DNA of 64,000 bases from Hydrolagus affinis (GCA_012026655.1 JAAILG010000308.1:1-64000), one strand, 5' to 3'; shown: positions 24,252 through 37,184, numbered from the stretch's first letter. Numbers and translations: made by a program. Notes: generated by a model not told the origin, from the letters alone.

Positions 24252-25034
24252 TAGATGTTTTGCAACAATCGACTTTCAGATGGTGAGCTGAACAAAGAGA
24301 TAGCAAAGGAGAGCACCAGGCTTCAATCTAACCATTCTCTAACTGCAGTGTTACACTGATTATTAATCCTCCTTGTTCTTAAATCTAATCTCCATTACTT
24401 GCCATTCTTCAGCAATAAAGTACATTGACATTTTAAAAGCAGTATGTGGCACAGTCTCATGATCGACCTTCTAGTCGCTAAGTCCCTAGAATACCCAGAG
24501 TAAATAAAAGATTGTGGGCTCTGAATTCCTGTTTATGTTAGCATTTGCTAAAAAAAGGTGGGCTGGGATAACTAGAAATGATACAGATTCACTCTAGGGA
24601 CAGGTGCCAAAGTGAAATTCTGAGTAAAGACTGAAAGACAGGGTACTTTTTGTTTCGTTTCTTTTGACATTTCTCAACCTTCTGACTTTCCTGTTGTGTG
24701 ACTACCCTGATCCCGATCTCAAATTTCCTCAAATTTCTAAAGAAATGTTCCATCATGTACAACAGTCTTTCTCTGAAAAATATAATGTAATACTTTTGAT
24801 GTGGTTTCTTGTTGAGTCAAGACTGATCTAACGTCAGTGACCTTTTACACTTCTCTCTGTCTCTGTTGGGTTTTCTTTTGTTTTTCTTCACCTACAGTCT
24901 TCCTTTGTCTCTTACTATCTTTTCAGTTTCTTCATCAGATCTTTTCTGGGGATTTGGACTTGAGCTGAGGGTTGAGATCAGGAGGGGTGGAGGGCAGGGA
25001 GGTAGAATGTAGGAGGTTGAACGAAGGTGCGCTT

Positions 25035-25148
25035 ATAATCCTATAATCCTTGCATTTGATATAGCGCTTTTCACATCCTCTAGACGTTTCAAAGCGCTTC
25101 ACAGAATGTACTGCAAGTGAATTGACTGCATATTTGTGGGCGAAATGC
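25035..25148 (-). mobile_element. SINE 3' fragment inserted in an L2 remnant
   Basis: TAATCCTTGCATTTGATATAGCGCTTTTCACATC..GTGGGCGAAATGC, flanked by purine-rich L2-like sequence. Confidence 0.85.
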
Positions 25149-25789
25149 TTGAAGGGGAAAGTTTGAGACTGGCTTTGAAGGAACCAAGTGAGGGAGCAAG
25201 ACAAAGGAATTTGAGATGGATTTTCAAAAGGGGCTGAAAGACTCTAGTTATCCAAATTGGATGATCTCATGACAGGTATAATGTTAAGCTAAATGCACTA
25301 TTATTTATATTGCTACTAAATGTAAATTGAAGCAGACACCATGAACAGGTATATGAAGGGTCAACGATTGGGAAAGTTTAAATTGATTTCTTCTCTCTAA
25401 ATTCAAACTTAAATTATGGTGAAAGATAAACGACCACAACTTGCATTTATATAGGACCTTTTGCAGAGGATAGTCACACATTGCTGTTATTCACATGGAA
25501 AATAAATGATTAAAATTTAATGAAAGCTCCTTTTATTGCCTAATGGCAAAGAGGAGGGAAAATCTGAATGGCGAGACTGTTTAATCCTACTAATTTCGTC
25601 TGACCTTGTGGCTGCTTACTTTCTGTTCCCTATCATGAGATGAATGAATTTTGCTTTGTATATTGCTGGCAGATGGGAAAAAATGTAGATGAACCATCTT
25701 GATACTTCTTACCAGTGACCAGTGAGTGTGTTCTATCTGATAAACCTTCAAGGATAGGTGATAACCGTGCGATCTCCTTCTTGTTTTAG

Positions 25790-25969
25790 GCAGCTCTTTA
25801 GGCAGGATTACACTCCAGAAACAGCAGTCACTCCCCTGGCGACCAGTTATCCCACTGGTGGCACGGATGTCGGATCAGAATGCCTCGGGCCTGCCACCGA
25901 TGATGGTGAGAGAGAAAACCCGCTTAGAAAAATTCAAGCAACTTCTGACAAGTCAACATACAGATTTAG
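25790..25969 (+). CDS. TBC1D22B: TBC1D22B coding exon 4 (GSSLGRITLQKQQSLPWRPVIPLVARMSDQNASGLPPMMVREKTRLEKFKQLLTSQHTDL), 180 nt
   Basis: TTGTTTTAG acceptor; TAG|GTAAGT donor; phase 1/1. ORF track entry 25758..25973 shows the wrong frame. Confidence 0.96.
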
Positions 25970-26639
25970 GTAAGTTGACGAGGAATGACGTGGGAATCAA
26001 CTGGACCGGATCTTTGACGAAATAGTTTATGATTCGCATTCGCATTGAGCACATATCAAGATTATCCTGATGAAATCTTTTCCAACTAACTTTGTAAAGA
26101 TCTTCTCTCGCTTCCAGATTTTTTTTAAAAAAACTCCAAAGGAATACTTGTAGTTCTTGCTGTACCATAGATGGCCTCCCACTGGTAGTCTTTTTATACC
26201 TAAATGTCATGAAAACTGCAAGGGAACTTCACATTTACTTGCTTGAGTTGGATTTGCACGTTGCATGCTGCTATTTGTACACTCCCACAAAATGAGTTCA
26301 AGATGGTTAAAGTGGATCCTATTATTATTCAGCCCTTTCTGATTTTTTTTGTTAAACAAAACTTAAAAGCAGAGACCTTTCAAAAAAAAATTCACACACT
26401 AAGAAGTGGCAGATATCAGGATAAGGTTCAAAAGAACATATTTTGATACCTCTCGAGTATTCCTTTTAAACCTGCTCAAAGCCTGCCTTTAAAGTATGAA
26501 GAGAACAGCATTGCACGCAGGTGAAACCAAGAGAGGTAGGAACGTTGACATGGTTTTATTGATGGAATTCAAATGATGTGAAAATAGCAAAACGTTTTTT
26601 TTTCTTATTCGGAAGAAATGGTGCTGAACATGGGCTAAT

Positions 26640-26866
26640 CGGAGAATCTTGCAGCACAGAAGGAAGCCATTCGGCCCATCTTTAAAAGAGCTGCCAAACT
26701 AGTCACACTCTCCCATTCTTACCCTGTAGCCCTGCAGTTTTGGTTCCTTTTCAAGCTATCACCTATCCAATTCCCTTTTGAAAGCTACTCTCGAATCTGC
26801 TTCCACCACTCTCAGGCAGAGCATTCCAGATCGTAACAACTCTCTGGGTAAAAAAAATTCTCCTAT
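26640..26866 (-). mobile_element. CR1 LINE 3' end
   Basis: CAGCACAGAAGGAAGCCATTCGGCCCATC..CAGGCAGAGCATTCCAGATCGTAACAACTCTCTGGGTAAAAA, typical of antisense CR1 3' UTR/ORF2 end. Confidence 0.8.
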
Positions 26867-28129
26867 TGTGTAGAACACATCAGGTAATCAGAAAACGAGT
26901 TCGAATTTTCTTTCGTCAAGGTGGCAATGCGTTTGACATTCAGCATTGTGTTGGGTGTAAAGAGTTCGATCCAGAAGAACAGTCACTCAACTTGCATCAA
27001 CTTTTGAGTCTTAACTGCCAACTCAGAAGAACAACTCAAAATATCTTTTAAATGCCTCTCTGGGTGAGACATCTCAACAAAGTGATGAGGCGTTATATTA
27101 AATGCAAGGATTACTATTATTACATTGGCACATTTGTGGACGATCAAACTGGATTATTTAGTATCTGAATGCATCAACTTAACATGTATTTCCATCCAGT
27201 ATTGTCTAACATTGAACCAGTACACTGAACTTTATTGTGACGTATCAAAAGTTATTTACCTAGCTGAGTTTTCAGTAGGAGTGAGTGGTAAAGTTGGTGT
27301 CCGGGGTCAGTAGACCTTATTACTTCAGTTAGACTGGTGCAAAGCGTTGTTCATCCAACGCTTGAATTGTACTTTCTAAATAATAAGCATGTTAATTCGA
27401 TTCCCCAGCCATAAATAAAAACCATATTGCATCGATCTGTGGGAACGTTCCTCTGAAATAAATTATTTCGGAACATGTGTGTCAGTGTGACTTATCTTCT
27501 TTCTACAGGAATCCTGCATGCTAGAGACCTCGTTGATTGGAAACATATAGAAATGTTGCTCTAAAAGTAGCACTCTGGGGTTAATGTTTTTTTTCCCCTC
27601 CTCTGGAGTATTGCAGTGTAGCGCAGCTGTTGTGCTTCATCTCATATTAGCTTCATGTTTCAATTACCTTGAATCTAATCATGCGTAAAAGAAGTGCGAG
27701 ATGCAAAGTTATCAGGAGTGTCTTGATCCTGTAAACCCTCTGACTGAGATTGATGACCACATTTCTTTTCCCAGTGAGATTCACCGCCTCACGAAATGCT
27801 TTTTTCAATTGAGTCTGTTATACTTGAGGGCATTATTAGGTGGGGGGGGGTGGGGGGTAGGAGTTTTGAGCAGAACTTTTGTGGCAATAGTAATGGGAAT
27901 AATCTTCTCAATCAATAAGCTATTTCTGTAAGCCCTCCGCTGATAAATAAGCTATGTTTCTCATGTGTGACACAAGGTGGTGCTAGCATGCAGGCAAAGT
28001 GTGAGAACCTTGATGCCTTCAGGTTTACGAATCAAATCTGATGTAATTGAATCATTTACTCAATTCATAGGGAAAATGTGAAGCCCCGTGTCAGTGGCTG
28101 GAAAAAAATAAATCTGCATAACAGAGTAC

Positions 28130-28900
28130 AGTGTGATGTCTTTCACGTTGGGAGGACATCCCAAGATGCTGGACAGTCAGTGTTTCGAACCCGAGCTGGG
28201 GTCGAGATCAGGGAGGGTGGAGGGAAAGGAGGGGAAGCGGGGTGACTCATGGCACTGTAGAAGAGGAGGGTCTTGAAGCAGAACTTGAAGGAGGCCAGGG
28301 AGGGGGCGAGGTGGAGGGATTGAGGGATGGAATTCCAAAGGTTGGGGGTAGAGTGGCTGAAGGATCGCCCTCTAATGGTGGTGCGGGGGACATGGGACAG
28401 GCCGGAGCCACCTGAGCAGAGGGGGCAGGTTGATAGGGGGTTAGGAGGCCACAGAAGTGGGGGAAGGGAGTGGGCAAGATCATGTAGGGCTTTGAAGGTA
28501 AGGACCAGGATCTTGAATTAAATCCTCTGAATGATGGGAAGCCTGTGGAGTTGGTTGAGGATGGGGGTGATAGGTGTAAGGAGCCTGGTGCAGGAAAGGA
28601 CACGGGCTGCAGAGTTCTGGATGATCTGCAGCCTATGGAGGGAGGAATTGGGGAGGCCGACAAGCAGGGCGTTGGAATTGTCGAGCCTGGACGTGATCAA
28701 GACACGAATGAGAGTGTCAGCGGCCTGAGGGATGAGATAGTGGCAGAGTCGGGCAATGTTGTGGAGGTGAAAGAAGGCAGAAAGGGTCATGGCTTGGATG
28801 TGGGGGAGAAAAGCCAGTGAGGCTCAAACAAGACACCTAGGTTCTTGATTGGTTTGGTGAGGTGGAGTGTGCAACCTTGGAGGTTGATGTTGTCGGTGCC
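28130..28900 (-). mobile_element. L2 LINE 3' fragment with recognisable ORF2 C-terminus
   Basis: Minus peptide SAFFHLHNIARLCHYL..LITSRLDNSNALLVGLP..LQIIQNSAARVL..ITPILNQLHRLPIIQRI, ending at a premature stop. Confidence 0.92.
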
Positions 28901-31425
28901 TGCTACTCATTTTCACTTAACTTTACTTGTTTTGGCCAACGACACACTGATTTCTGTCAATTACTTTCTGACTGTAGCTCTGTAACAGTTCATTGATAAA
29001 GTTTTCAACTCTCCAGTATTTCGATTCAGTTTAGTTTGAATCTTCACATTAATCGGGACGTCCTCTTTACGTGAAAGACGCTATACAAGTGTAATGTTGT
29101 TGTTGTTAATCAAAACAACAGCAATTTGGCTACCTTTATTTAAAAACTTGGAAAAACTGCTTGAGGTGAAGTGAAAACAGATGAAATTAAAATGAAGGTT
29201 ATGAAAGCAGCGAGGTAGAATAATGAAAAGCAAGCATTGAACATGGAATCTTTAACAAAAGGGTCAAAATGAAAAGGAAAGTCAGCCAAATTAATAAGAG
29301 GCAGAATATGTCCTTTGAACACAGAACAAATTGTGCCAATTCTGAAAACAAATATTGAATCTAATCGTTACATGATTTCAATAAGCTTTTGGCAATAAAT
29401 CTCAGCCTGTTCCCTTCACTGTCCAAATTTTAGAACTGCAACCTTTCAACTTCCTAATTATTTGTACTTTTTAATCAAATGAATAAGTACAAACATTATT
29501 ACTGATGCCCAGTTATAGTGCCACATAGACTAACCTATATGCTGGGCTGTCCATAGACTCAATTATTAGAAGATAAGTAAAAGATAAACCATTGCGTGCC
29601 TCTTTTGTCCTTGTCTATCATTCTGTTTCTTCCACAAACAGATGTAGTTTACTTCATTAAAATTTATTGGAAATGTGTACTTTGCTATAATGCCTACAGC
29701 AAAGAAAGATGGAGTGAGCCATCACGCAATGCACTGCACCTTCACTGCTGATGCTGTCTGAAGGAGATGGAATAAGGAACTGTGTGGTAGCAAAAATGTG
29801 GCCATTATTGAGTCTTGGGAAGTCCAGTACAGCAAGATAATCTTCAACCAAAATGAACCAAATAAATTTTGAGTCAATTATGTAACTGGCTTGGTAAAAT
29901 CATTTAACATCTAGTGGCATTCGTGATCTGAACACGTGTGCAAAATCCCCAAATTGGGAGTTTGCCTGTTGCAGCTCCGGCTTAATGTGGTGTGGAGCAG
30001 GAGGTGTAAAATTGGACTTTCAGCTCTGCATCACAACACCGCCAGGAGCATAGTGGTTTTGCTCCTCGCAATATAAACGCAACATAAAATCAAACGGTGG
30101 TTAAAAAGATCACTGCATAATTTAGCCGCAGGCTTTGAAGTTGCAGAATCCTGCCTCATGTTACAACTTATGCGCTGGGTAGGTATGATGACACTTGCTA
30201 CACGGGAGGAATAACAATTAATATTCTCGATAATTATAGAGCGTTGTAATAACCGCTCGCACTGCATTGAATTGATTTCCACAGTGCTCCAATGTAAAAG
30301 AACAGATGCCCAATTGTGATTACAGCTCACAAATCTAATCTTGGGTTTAGATTATTTTGTGAAGATCGAGTAGTTTATAACTGTCATCTGAAGCACACAA
30401 TCAGATCTCAGTTGTGAAATCACTCTAGGTTATCTTGATTTTTAAAAATATAACACATACTGTTCATTTTACGGGTCTGCTCTTGTGTTGGCAGCTGGTG
30501 ACAGCACAGACTGATTGCCGATGTGCTCCATGTCGTTGCTGTGTGATGCAGTTCACCCTGAAAGATTAACCATTGTAATGTCAGTACCGCAAGTTGGTTC
30601 AGAAATAAATTGCAGTGGATTACAGGGAACATTGTATGACCAATACATAGTCAAGATAGGGTGGAATAATGATCTACCAAAGTCTGCCCCATTTTATTCG
30701 GATGTAGTCTGGAGAACACCACAAAGGGTTCTACAAAATGTTCTTATTCCATTTGTTTATTGATGGAGAAAAATAAAAAAAAATCCAAACTGATGGGGCT
30801 GTAGTTCATTTCCTTCCAAGGCGAACACTGAGATCCTTTTTAAGAAACGCAGAATAAATATTCTATTCATCTCCCAAGATTTTCAAGTTTGCATATTTTG
30901 GTTCAGATTAGATCTACAATGTGAGGTTGGAATTATTATTCCCTTTCAGTGTTATCAGCCCAGCAGTGATTGGATTGAGGAGGGAAATAAAGTCACACAG
31001 AGCACCTGTGTTTTTTTTGTTGCACCATTCAACAGAGAGAATGGTTTGCTAATACAACAGCAAAACCAACAACTTGCATATATTATAGCGCCCTTCACTT
31101 GGGGGCAGCGCTCGGGAATGCTATTCAAATCATAGTGGAAAAATGTGCCTTAGTCGTTCATTCTAAAGTATAGGTGCTTTTATAAAAGGTAGATATATAT
31201 TATGAGGGGCTTCAGTTCGAAATTGGAATTGAGACTTTTATTAAGACACTCTGTTGAGATAAATACTGCCTAAAATAGCTGATGATTTGAATGCTGGTGT
31301 TATCTTAAAAAGAATGGTACAGTTTTGTTTTTAAAAAAAAGTGTCATCCTTCCCTGATGCTATGGTCAATTGAGATCGTGCAGGTTGGTGTTGAATGATT
31401 AACCACTCACTTTTTGTTTTTGCAG

Positions 31426-31496
31426 AAGAACTAAGGAAGTACAGCTGGTCGGGTATTCCAAGAGAGGTTCGCCCTGTTACGTGGAGACTTTTATCG
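31426..31496 (+). CDS. TBC1D22B: TBC1D22B coding exon 5 (EELRKYSWSGIPREVRPVTWRLLS), 71 nt
   Basis: TTTTTGCAG acceptor; TCG|GTAAGC donor; phase 1/0; TBC motif GIP...R...W..L. Confidence 0.96.
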
Positions 31497-33110
31497 GTAA
31501 GCAATGTACTGTAATTAGCAAGACGAGCATTAAGGATCCCTTTAATTTACATAATTAATTTACATTCTCAGTTTGCATGCTTTTTGAGAATAGCCCAAAG
31601 TTAATAATAATGGGTCTCTTTCACATTGCATATTAAATGGTGATTGATTTTTTTTCACTCCATTATTGGCTAAATGATGAATTCATTGTATTTCGCACCT
31701 TATGAAACACCATATTTAATCAATTGTTGTAGCTGGTCCAAGTTGAACTAGCTTTCAATGTTTTTCTCTCTGTCACTTGATTTCCATTGTGATTCGTACC
31801 TTATGTTTTTATTTCCGAGTTTCTTCTGGAATGCTCCACACTTCCTGACCCTGTTGTAGTGAATGTCACATTTGCCACACCCTTGGCACCCTTGCAGCCA
31901 ATGTAACCATCGTAAAATTCTGTTTTTAACCTCTGCGCTTTCTTTCATCTCTGTTCTCTTGGTGCATTCTGTTTCGATGGTTATTTATCTCACTGGTGGA
32001 CCTTGTTTGTCTTGTGTTAAGAACAATCACAGGGTTTCAAAAGTCACTCAAAAGCTTCTTTGGGTGTTTTGAGGTGGTGTTTCAACTGCAAGTTTGTTTT
32101 TTGGAAGTCAAAATAAGTTTCATGAACACTCAAGGGTATAAATAGTCCTTTTACTTCTCTATATCCTGCTTAATCACATAGGTGAGGTTTTAGTTGAGGG
32201 TCGGTATGATAAGCAGCTTCGTGAGCGATAATCTGAAGAAGACTTAAAGTCTACAAGTCTACATTCAGTGGACTCCTTGCTTCCTCTTGTACTAGTTGTT
32301 GAATTGACTCCATATGACAGAAAGGGGAGAGGTATGTTGTTCAGGCACTCCAGGATTCCGAATGGTTTTGACAAGGGCATAGAAGCTCAGCTCCAATGAT
32401 CATTTTAGATGGAGAATACATTAAATATGCCGGGACATTCCTACCTCCTGATAGTATTCCCTTGCTGTTTGTCCCGGGAGAGCAAGAAGAAAAGCTAGAG
32501 AACATCAGTGAATCCCAGCTCTGGCAACAATCCACAGCTGATCTGTGAACTGAGCCTCACAAAACAGATGGGGCAGCAAGTTCCGCTGAGCCCCACAAGT
32601 GTAGGAGAGAGAAGCCAGAAGGAGCCAACATTGTATTATTTGTATCACAGAGGTGGGTGAAGGATCGTTGTTTTATTTCTTTCTGACTAGTCTTTATACT
32701 TTTTACTAATACCGAAGAAATGGGTAACGGTAGTTATCTCTGAATCTTTGTTACCACAGTTCCAGAAACTGAGAATGAATAGGCTGATATTGTAAGATCC
32801 CAATGATTAATGAATAATAATAATTGCACAGTCAATTCGTTTTACAGAATATTCTGTGAAGCACTTTCGGACATCTCGAAGACTTACTATTTATTACCAT
32901 GCAAACATTTAGTAGTTTACAAATCAATTTATGTCTATAAATGTTTTTCTTTGAAATCGTTTACTCTGAACATTTAATTTTAAAGTGCGATTATGTGTGT
33001 ACTGTATATAGATAATTATTAAAAAGCTACTATTACATTTTGATTTGGAATTAGCTATTTTCAACTGCAAAATGCCACAACCAGCGATGATACCAGTAGC
33101 TAATTAATCT

Positions 33111-33243
33111 CAGTTCTGAGAAAGGGTCGTGGACCCGAAACGTTGACTCACTTTCCTTTCTCCATAGATGCTGCCTGACCTGCTGAGTGTTTCCTCCGAT
33201 TTCTGTACGTGTTTCAGATTTCCAACATCTGCAGTATTTTGCG
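33111..33243 (+). mobile_element. Penelope-like retroelement terminal fragment containing a degenerate minimal hammerhead motif
   Basis: CAGTTCTGAGAAAGGGTCGTGGACCCGAAACGTTGACT followed by TCTCCATAGATGCTGCCTGACCTGCTGAGT..GATTTCCAACATCTGCAG, a repeat I recall as common in sharks and rays. Confidence 0.6.
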
Positions 33244-33892
33244 TTTGTTTGAGCCAGTTTGAGCCGACTGTTGGGAAATTTGGGAATTTGGGAAAAGCGG
33301 GGCCGTCGGCTAATCGCAGCTCCCTATTAGAATTTATAGCTGAACAGAGTTAGCTTTGAAAAAGGAAGACGTTTTCCCCATTCTCTATACCCCTGATTGC
33401 TTAGTGGAGAGCTGCTACCGGAGCTCTGGGATGGATGCAACACGTTGGTAGTTGTGATGTACCTTATTATTATTACTTCCCTCACTTCATGATGGTGTTG
33501 TCAGCAGCAGAGATAAGTGGTGTTGCCCACAGCAGAGATAAGGCCATAGAAGCTCATCTTGTCTTGTTACGGTAGATTTCACTCCTGAGACACCTGAGGC
33601 AGTATTGTGCCCTAGACTGCTGTTCTCTGAGAGGCACAATGACCTCGAATGAGAGACCGGGATAGGAAAGGTTACTCACTATGTGAAGGAACAGTCTGGT
33701 CACTGTACCAGTTTATACCTGAATCCGTCTGGGTAACCTAGAAAATTGCTAAACATTTAGATATTAAAATTTTCACCCGCAAGGCAAGAGAATAGATTTT
33801 GGTTGCAAGCTGCCAAGTGAGCCAGGTGTGGCACTGTTGTGTTCCAATTATTTGTTTGAAAGTTTGAGCTACAATCTCTTACCGGTGGTTAT

Positions 33893-34050
33893 ATAATAAT
33901 AATAATCCTTGCATTTTGATATAGCGCTTTTCACATCGACGTCTCAAAGCACTTCACAGAATATAGTGTAAAGTGAATTAACTGTATATTTGTGGGCAAA
34001 ACACGGCAGAGTGCGCACAGCAGTGTCCTACAAGCAGTCCCATAAAACAG
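33893..34050 (-). mobile_element. SINE 3' half
   Basis: Reverse complement of tail and body. Confidence 0.85.
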
Positions 34051-34302
34051 TCATATATGCAAATGGTGGTGTTAAAGTCTTCTAGTGAAATGTTGTTTGA
34101 ATTTTAAAAAAAATTTGAACACTAGAGGTCCCTGTGGAACTACCTATACTGTATTCATTATTGCTGTTGGGGTGGGAAACCAGCACTTTCTTAAATTGTT
34201 CCAATCTGCTATGAATTTATATGTGACATTTGGGTTAGATGTGTGCGAGCCAGCATGGTTCAAGAGTGACTCGGACACAATTGAGGGAAGTAAATAGACG
34301 AT

Positions 34303-34430
34303 GATAATAATAATAATAATCCGAATAATGCTTGCATTTGATATAGTACCTTATTACGTTTTCGAGACCTCTCACAGCGATTCACAGGATATACTGTTAA
34401 GTGAATTAACTGCATATTTTGTGGGCTGAA
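34303..34430 (-). mobile_element. SINE 3' fragment
   Basis: (AAT)n GCTTGCATTTGATATAG..TTCACAGGATATACTG. Confidence 0.8.
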
Positions 34431-35241
34431 GATTGTGGATTGTCATGGGCCCAAAGTTTGTAGAGTCTAATGCCCTGCTGGTGGTAAGTTAGGTAGTCTT
34501 CATTCCTTTTTGCCCTTATCTTTTAGATGCTCTGGTGAGACAGGAGAATGGGAGACTTCTCTGTGCTTTGTTTGTGATTTCTTGAGAGGGATTGCAGTTT
34601 TTTGAGTGTAGGATTGACCCTCTTAGCTCATGCAGACTAACCTCCTCAAAACCCTCTTGCCCAGTTTCTTCACTATTGACATTTGAAGGATCAAATTCCA
34701 TGTTACTGTTGGAAATTGAGACCTCTACACAAAGTTTTATTCACTTACTTGAACAGTATTCTTGAGGAACATATTTTTGCTTGCTCCAAAGTGCTTGCTT
34801 GTATAGCCATCTAGCCTCTGCCCTTTTAAAGTAGTTGTTCACCATTATGCATAAGAAACCCCACGCAATGGGAATGAGTAAGAGCTAGATGTATAGGTTC
34901 TTTTCCATTTCTACATTTTAATGACCAGTTGCACAAAGGAACCACTATTTTTGTTTAGTATACGGGTTCCTGATCCATAAGCAGTTTAGTGATCTTATTC
35001 TTACTCATTCCCATTACGTGAGGATACAGATGCAGACTTAAGTGCATCACTGTAATTTGAAGTATAAGTGTTACACTGATGACTCATTATTTTAGTGTCC
35101 AACATTTTCAGAATTGTCGATACCTTTAGTTTTTCTTACCTAAAAATTGTAGTGCAATATTAGTTATCCCTTAATGGCATCTTTGTATGAATATTCAGAG
35201 AATATCTTTAAAATAGTTAAGTGCTTGTCTGCAGAATGAAC

Positions 35242-35515
35242 AATAACAACACCAAAATATTTGTATAGCGCCCTATATGTCAGGAGGATGTCCCCAGGCG
35301 ATGGACTGTTAGGGATTTGGACCCGAGCATGGGGTTGGGATCAGCAGGGATGGAAATCATGAAGAATAAGGTTGGGAGGGTGTCCATAAACGTGGTCAAA
35401 GAGTAATGTCATGAGATACACCTTGAAGGAGGTAAGGGAGGGAGCGAGGTGAAAGGACTGGGATGGAATTCCAAACCGACCACCGACAGTGGGACGGGCC
35501 AGGCAGGTAATTTGG
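35242..35515 (-). mobile_element. L2 LINE 3' end
   Basis: TTTGTATAGCGCCCTATATGTCAGGAGGATGTCCC..CTTGAAGGAGGTAAGGGAGGGAG. Confidence 0.8.
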
Positions 35516-36334
35516 GAGCATGCCAGACTGCTGAGTTGGGCTTTTAAATGAGCAAACGTCCGGATATTGCAGGAAGGGGTGTTCGTTCTCTGTAATCCAT
35601 TAGGAATCCTCCAACTATAATGTGGTTACAAGAAGAAAAGTTGCTGAAACTTCTGCTGGCATCTGTTGGGAATTAACTGTGGTGCTCATCAGGGTTAGTG
35701 CTTGATTCCATTGACGTTTCATACGCAGGACATTCTGAATGCTGAATAGGTGTGATGTGGAAGCCATGGCTGAGAACCATTACAGCCAAATTGGATCCTA
35801 CTGTTGAACTGCACTGTCCTGGCTGGGTTTGAGTGATGAATGTGTGCATTAGTCTGTAAAAGTACAGCTGTGAATTCAGATGTTGCAATTAAGAAACAGC
35901 TTGAGACTAGTTGTCACTAATTGATGACTTTGGGCTCAAGAATCAGTTCAGTGTTGCCAGTAATCTTAGACGCAGCTATCTTTCACTCAGCTCTTAAAGT
36001 CAAATTGTTGTTTGGATGATGGAATAGAATGCCAAACCGTAACAATGTGCATTGTCACTGTATAGAGGTTATTGTTGTGTTTCCACCAAATTTTACACAA
36101 TATGCAGTGAAATAGACCAAATCCAATTGTCCACACTTCAATTATATTTGGCCCAAGCCTATGATTTCAGTTAATGTATACTGACTATACAGTATATGCA
36201 GTTGCTGAGGTACCTTTGCAGGAATGTTTTTCTGACTTGTGTTGGTGTACATTTGCAATAGGTGATCCTATTTTTTTGAAAACGTAACCAACAAAAACAC
36301 AGGACAGAACAATCTTTTTTTCAAATGGTTGTTA

Positions 36335-36560
36335 CACTGTGGGCTAGCTTTCAGTTCTTTCACGCCTGAGACTAGTGTTTCAATTCAGATGAGATTGAAG
36401 GAATTCTTCCCTCTTCTGGTTGCATAGCTTCTATCTGAGTGGAATGTAAAACAGTCTAAATCTGGTTTCTAGTGGGTCCACTGCACAAAACTGATCTATA
36501 CTATGACCCAAATGGGCAGCGGCTTTTCTCAGCAGCAAAAATAGCTTGAATGAAGGGGGG
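36335..36560 (+). mobile_element. LF-SINE-like relic
   Basis: CAGTCTAAATCTGGTTTCTAGTGGGTCCACTGCACAAAA..TCTCAGCAG resembles the remembered LF-SINE core; CTTTCAC..GTTTCAATTCAG looks like an eroded tRNA head. Confidence 0.45.
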
Positions 36561-37184
36561 AGTTTTCACATTGGTGAAATTGTGGGATTACATAACATTG
36601 TTGGGTGCACAGCAGAAAAAAAAAATTTCTCTGCATTTTTGTGTCGCACTCGATTGTAAACATTTGGTGCTAGAATGTATGGCACAAATGGGGAAATGGC
36701 ACATTCGTCAGAGTCACATAGTACAGTACTAAGGGCCCTTCACGGTTAGCAGGAAATTGAAGACTTTCAAAACTGTTAGAAAAACGAATGCCCAGGACAA
36801 ACAAACATTAATGCAATTGATTTGACCAAATGCATATTCTATTCAGTGCATAAGATCTACAAGCTTTATTTAAAGATTAAATATGCACTATATTGCTGTT
36901 CAATCTGGAAGTACATTTTCGATTCTTCTGTTCATTAGCAGACAGTAGTGCTTCACGGAGCTGAATAAATATTTGAAACAATTTAAATGGACTTGCATTG
37001 CAATGCGAAGAGGCATTGTGACAGGATTTTTTGGGGGTTATTAGAAGAATTAAACATCTATAGTTTAATTAAAATCAGGCATTTTAATTTGAAGCTGTTT
37101 AAAGAGGATGAATCTGAAAAACAACAGTGGGACATTTGAACAATGAAAGCTAAATGTTAACTTGCTTCACATTTTATGATCCAA

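Noticed and set aside
24841-24950. Long pyrimidine tract with several AGs
   Set aside because: No downstream donor or coding signal identified; adjacent to repeat remnants.
25758-25973. 71-aa ORF over exon 4
   Set aside because: Wrong frame; the conserved peptide is in another frame, fixed by the splice phases.
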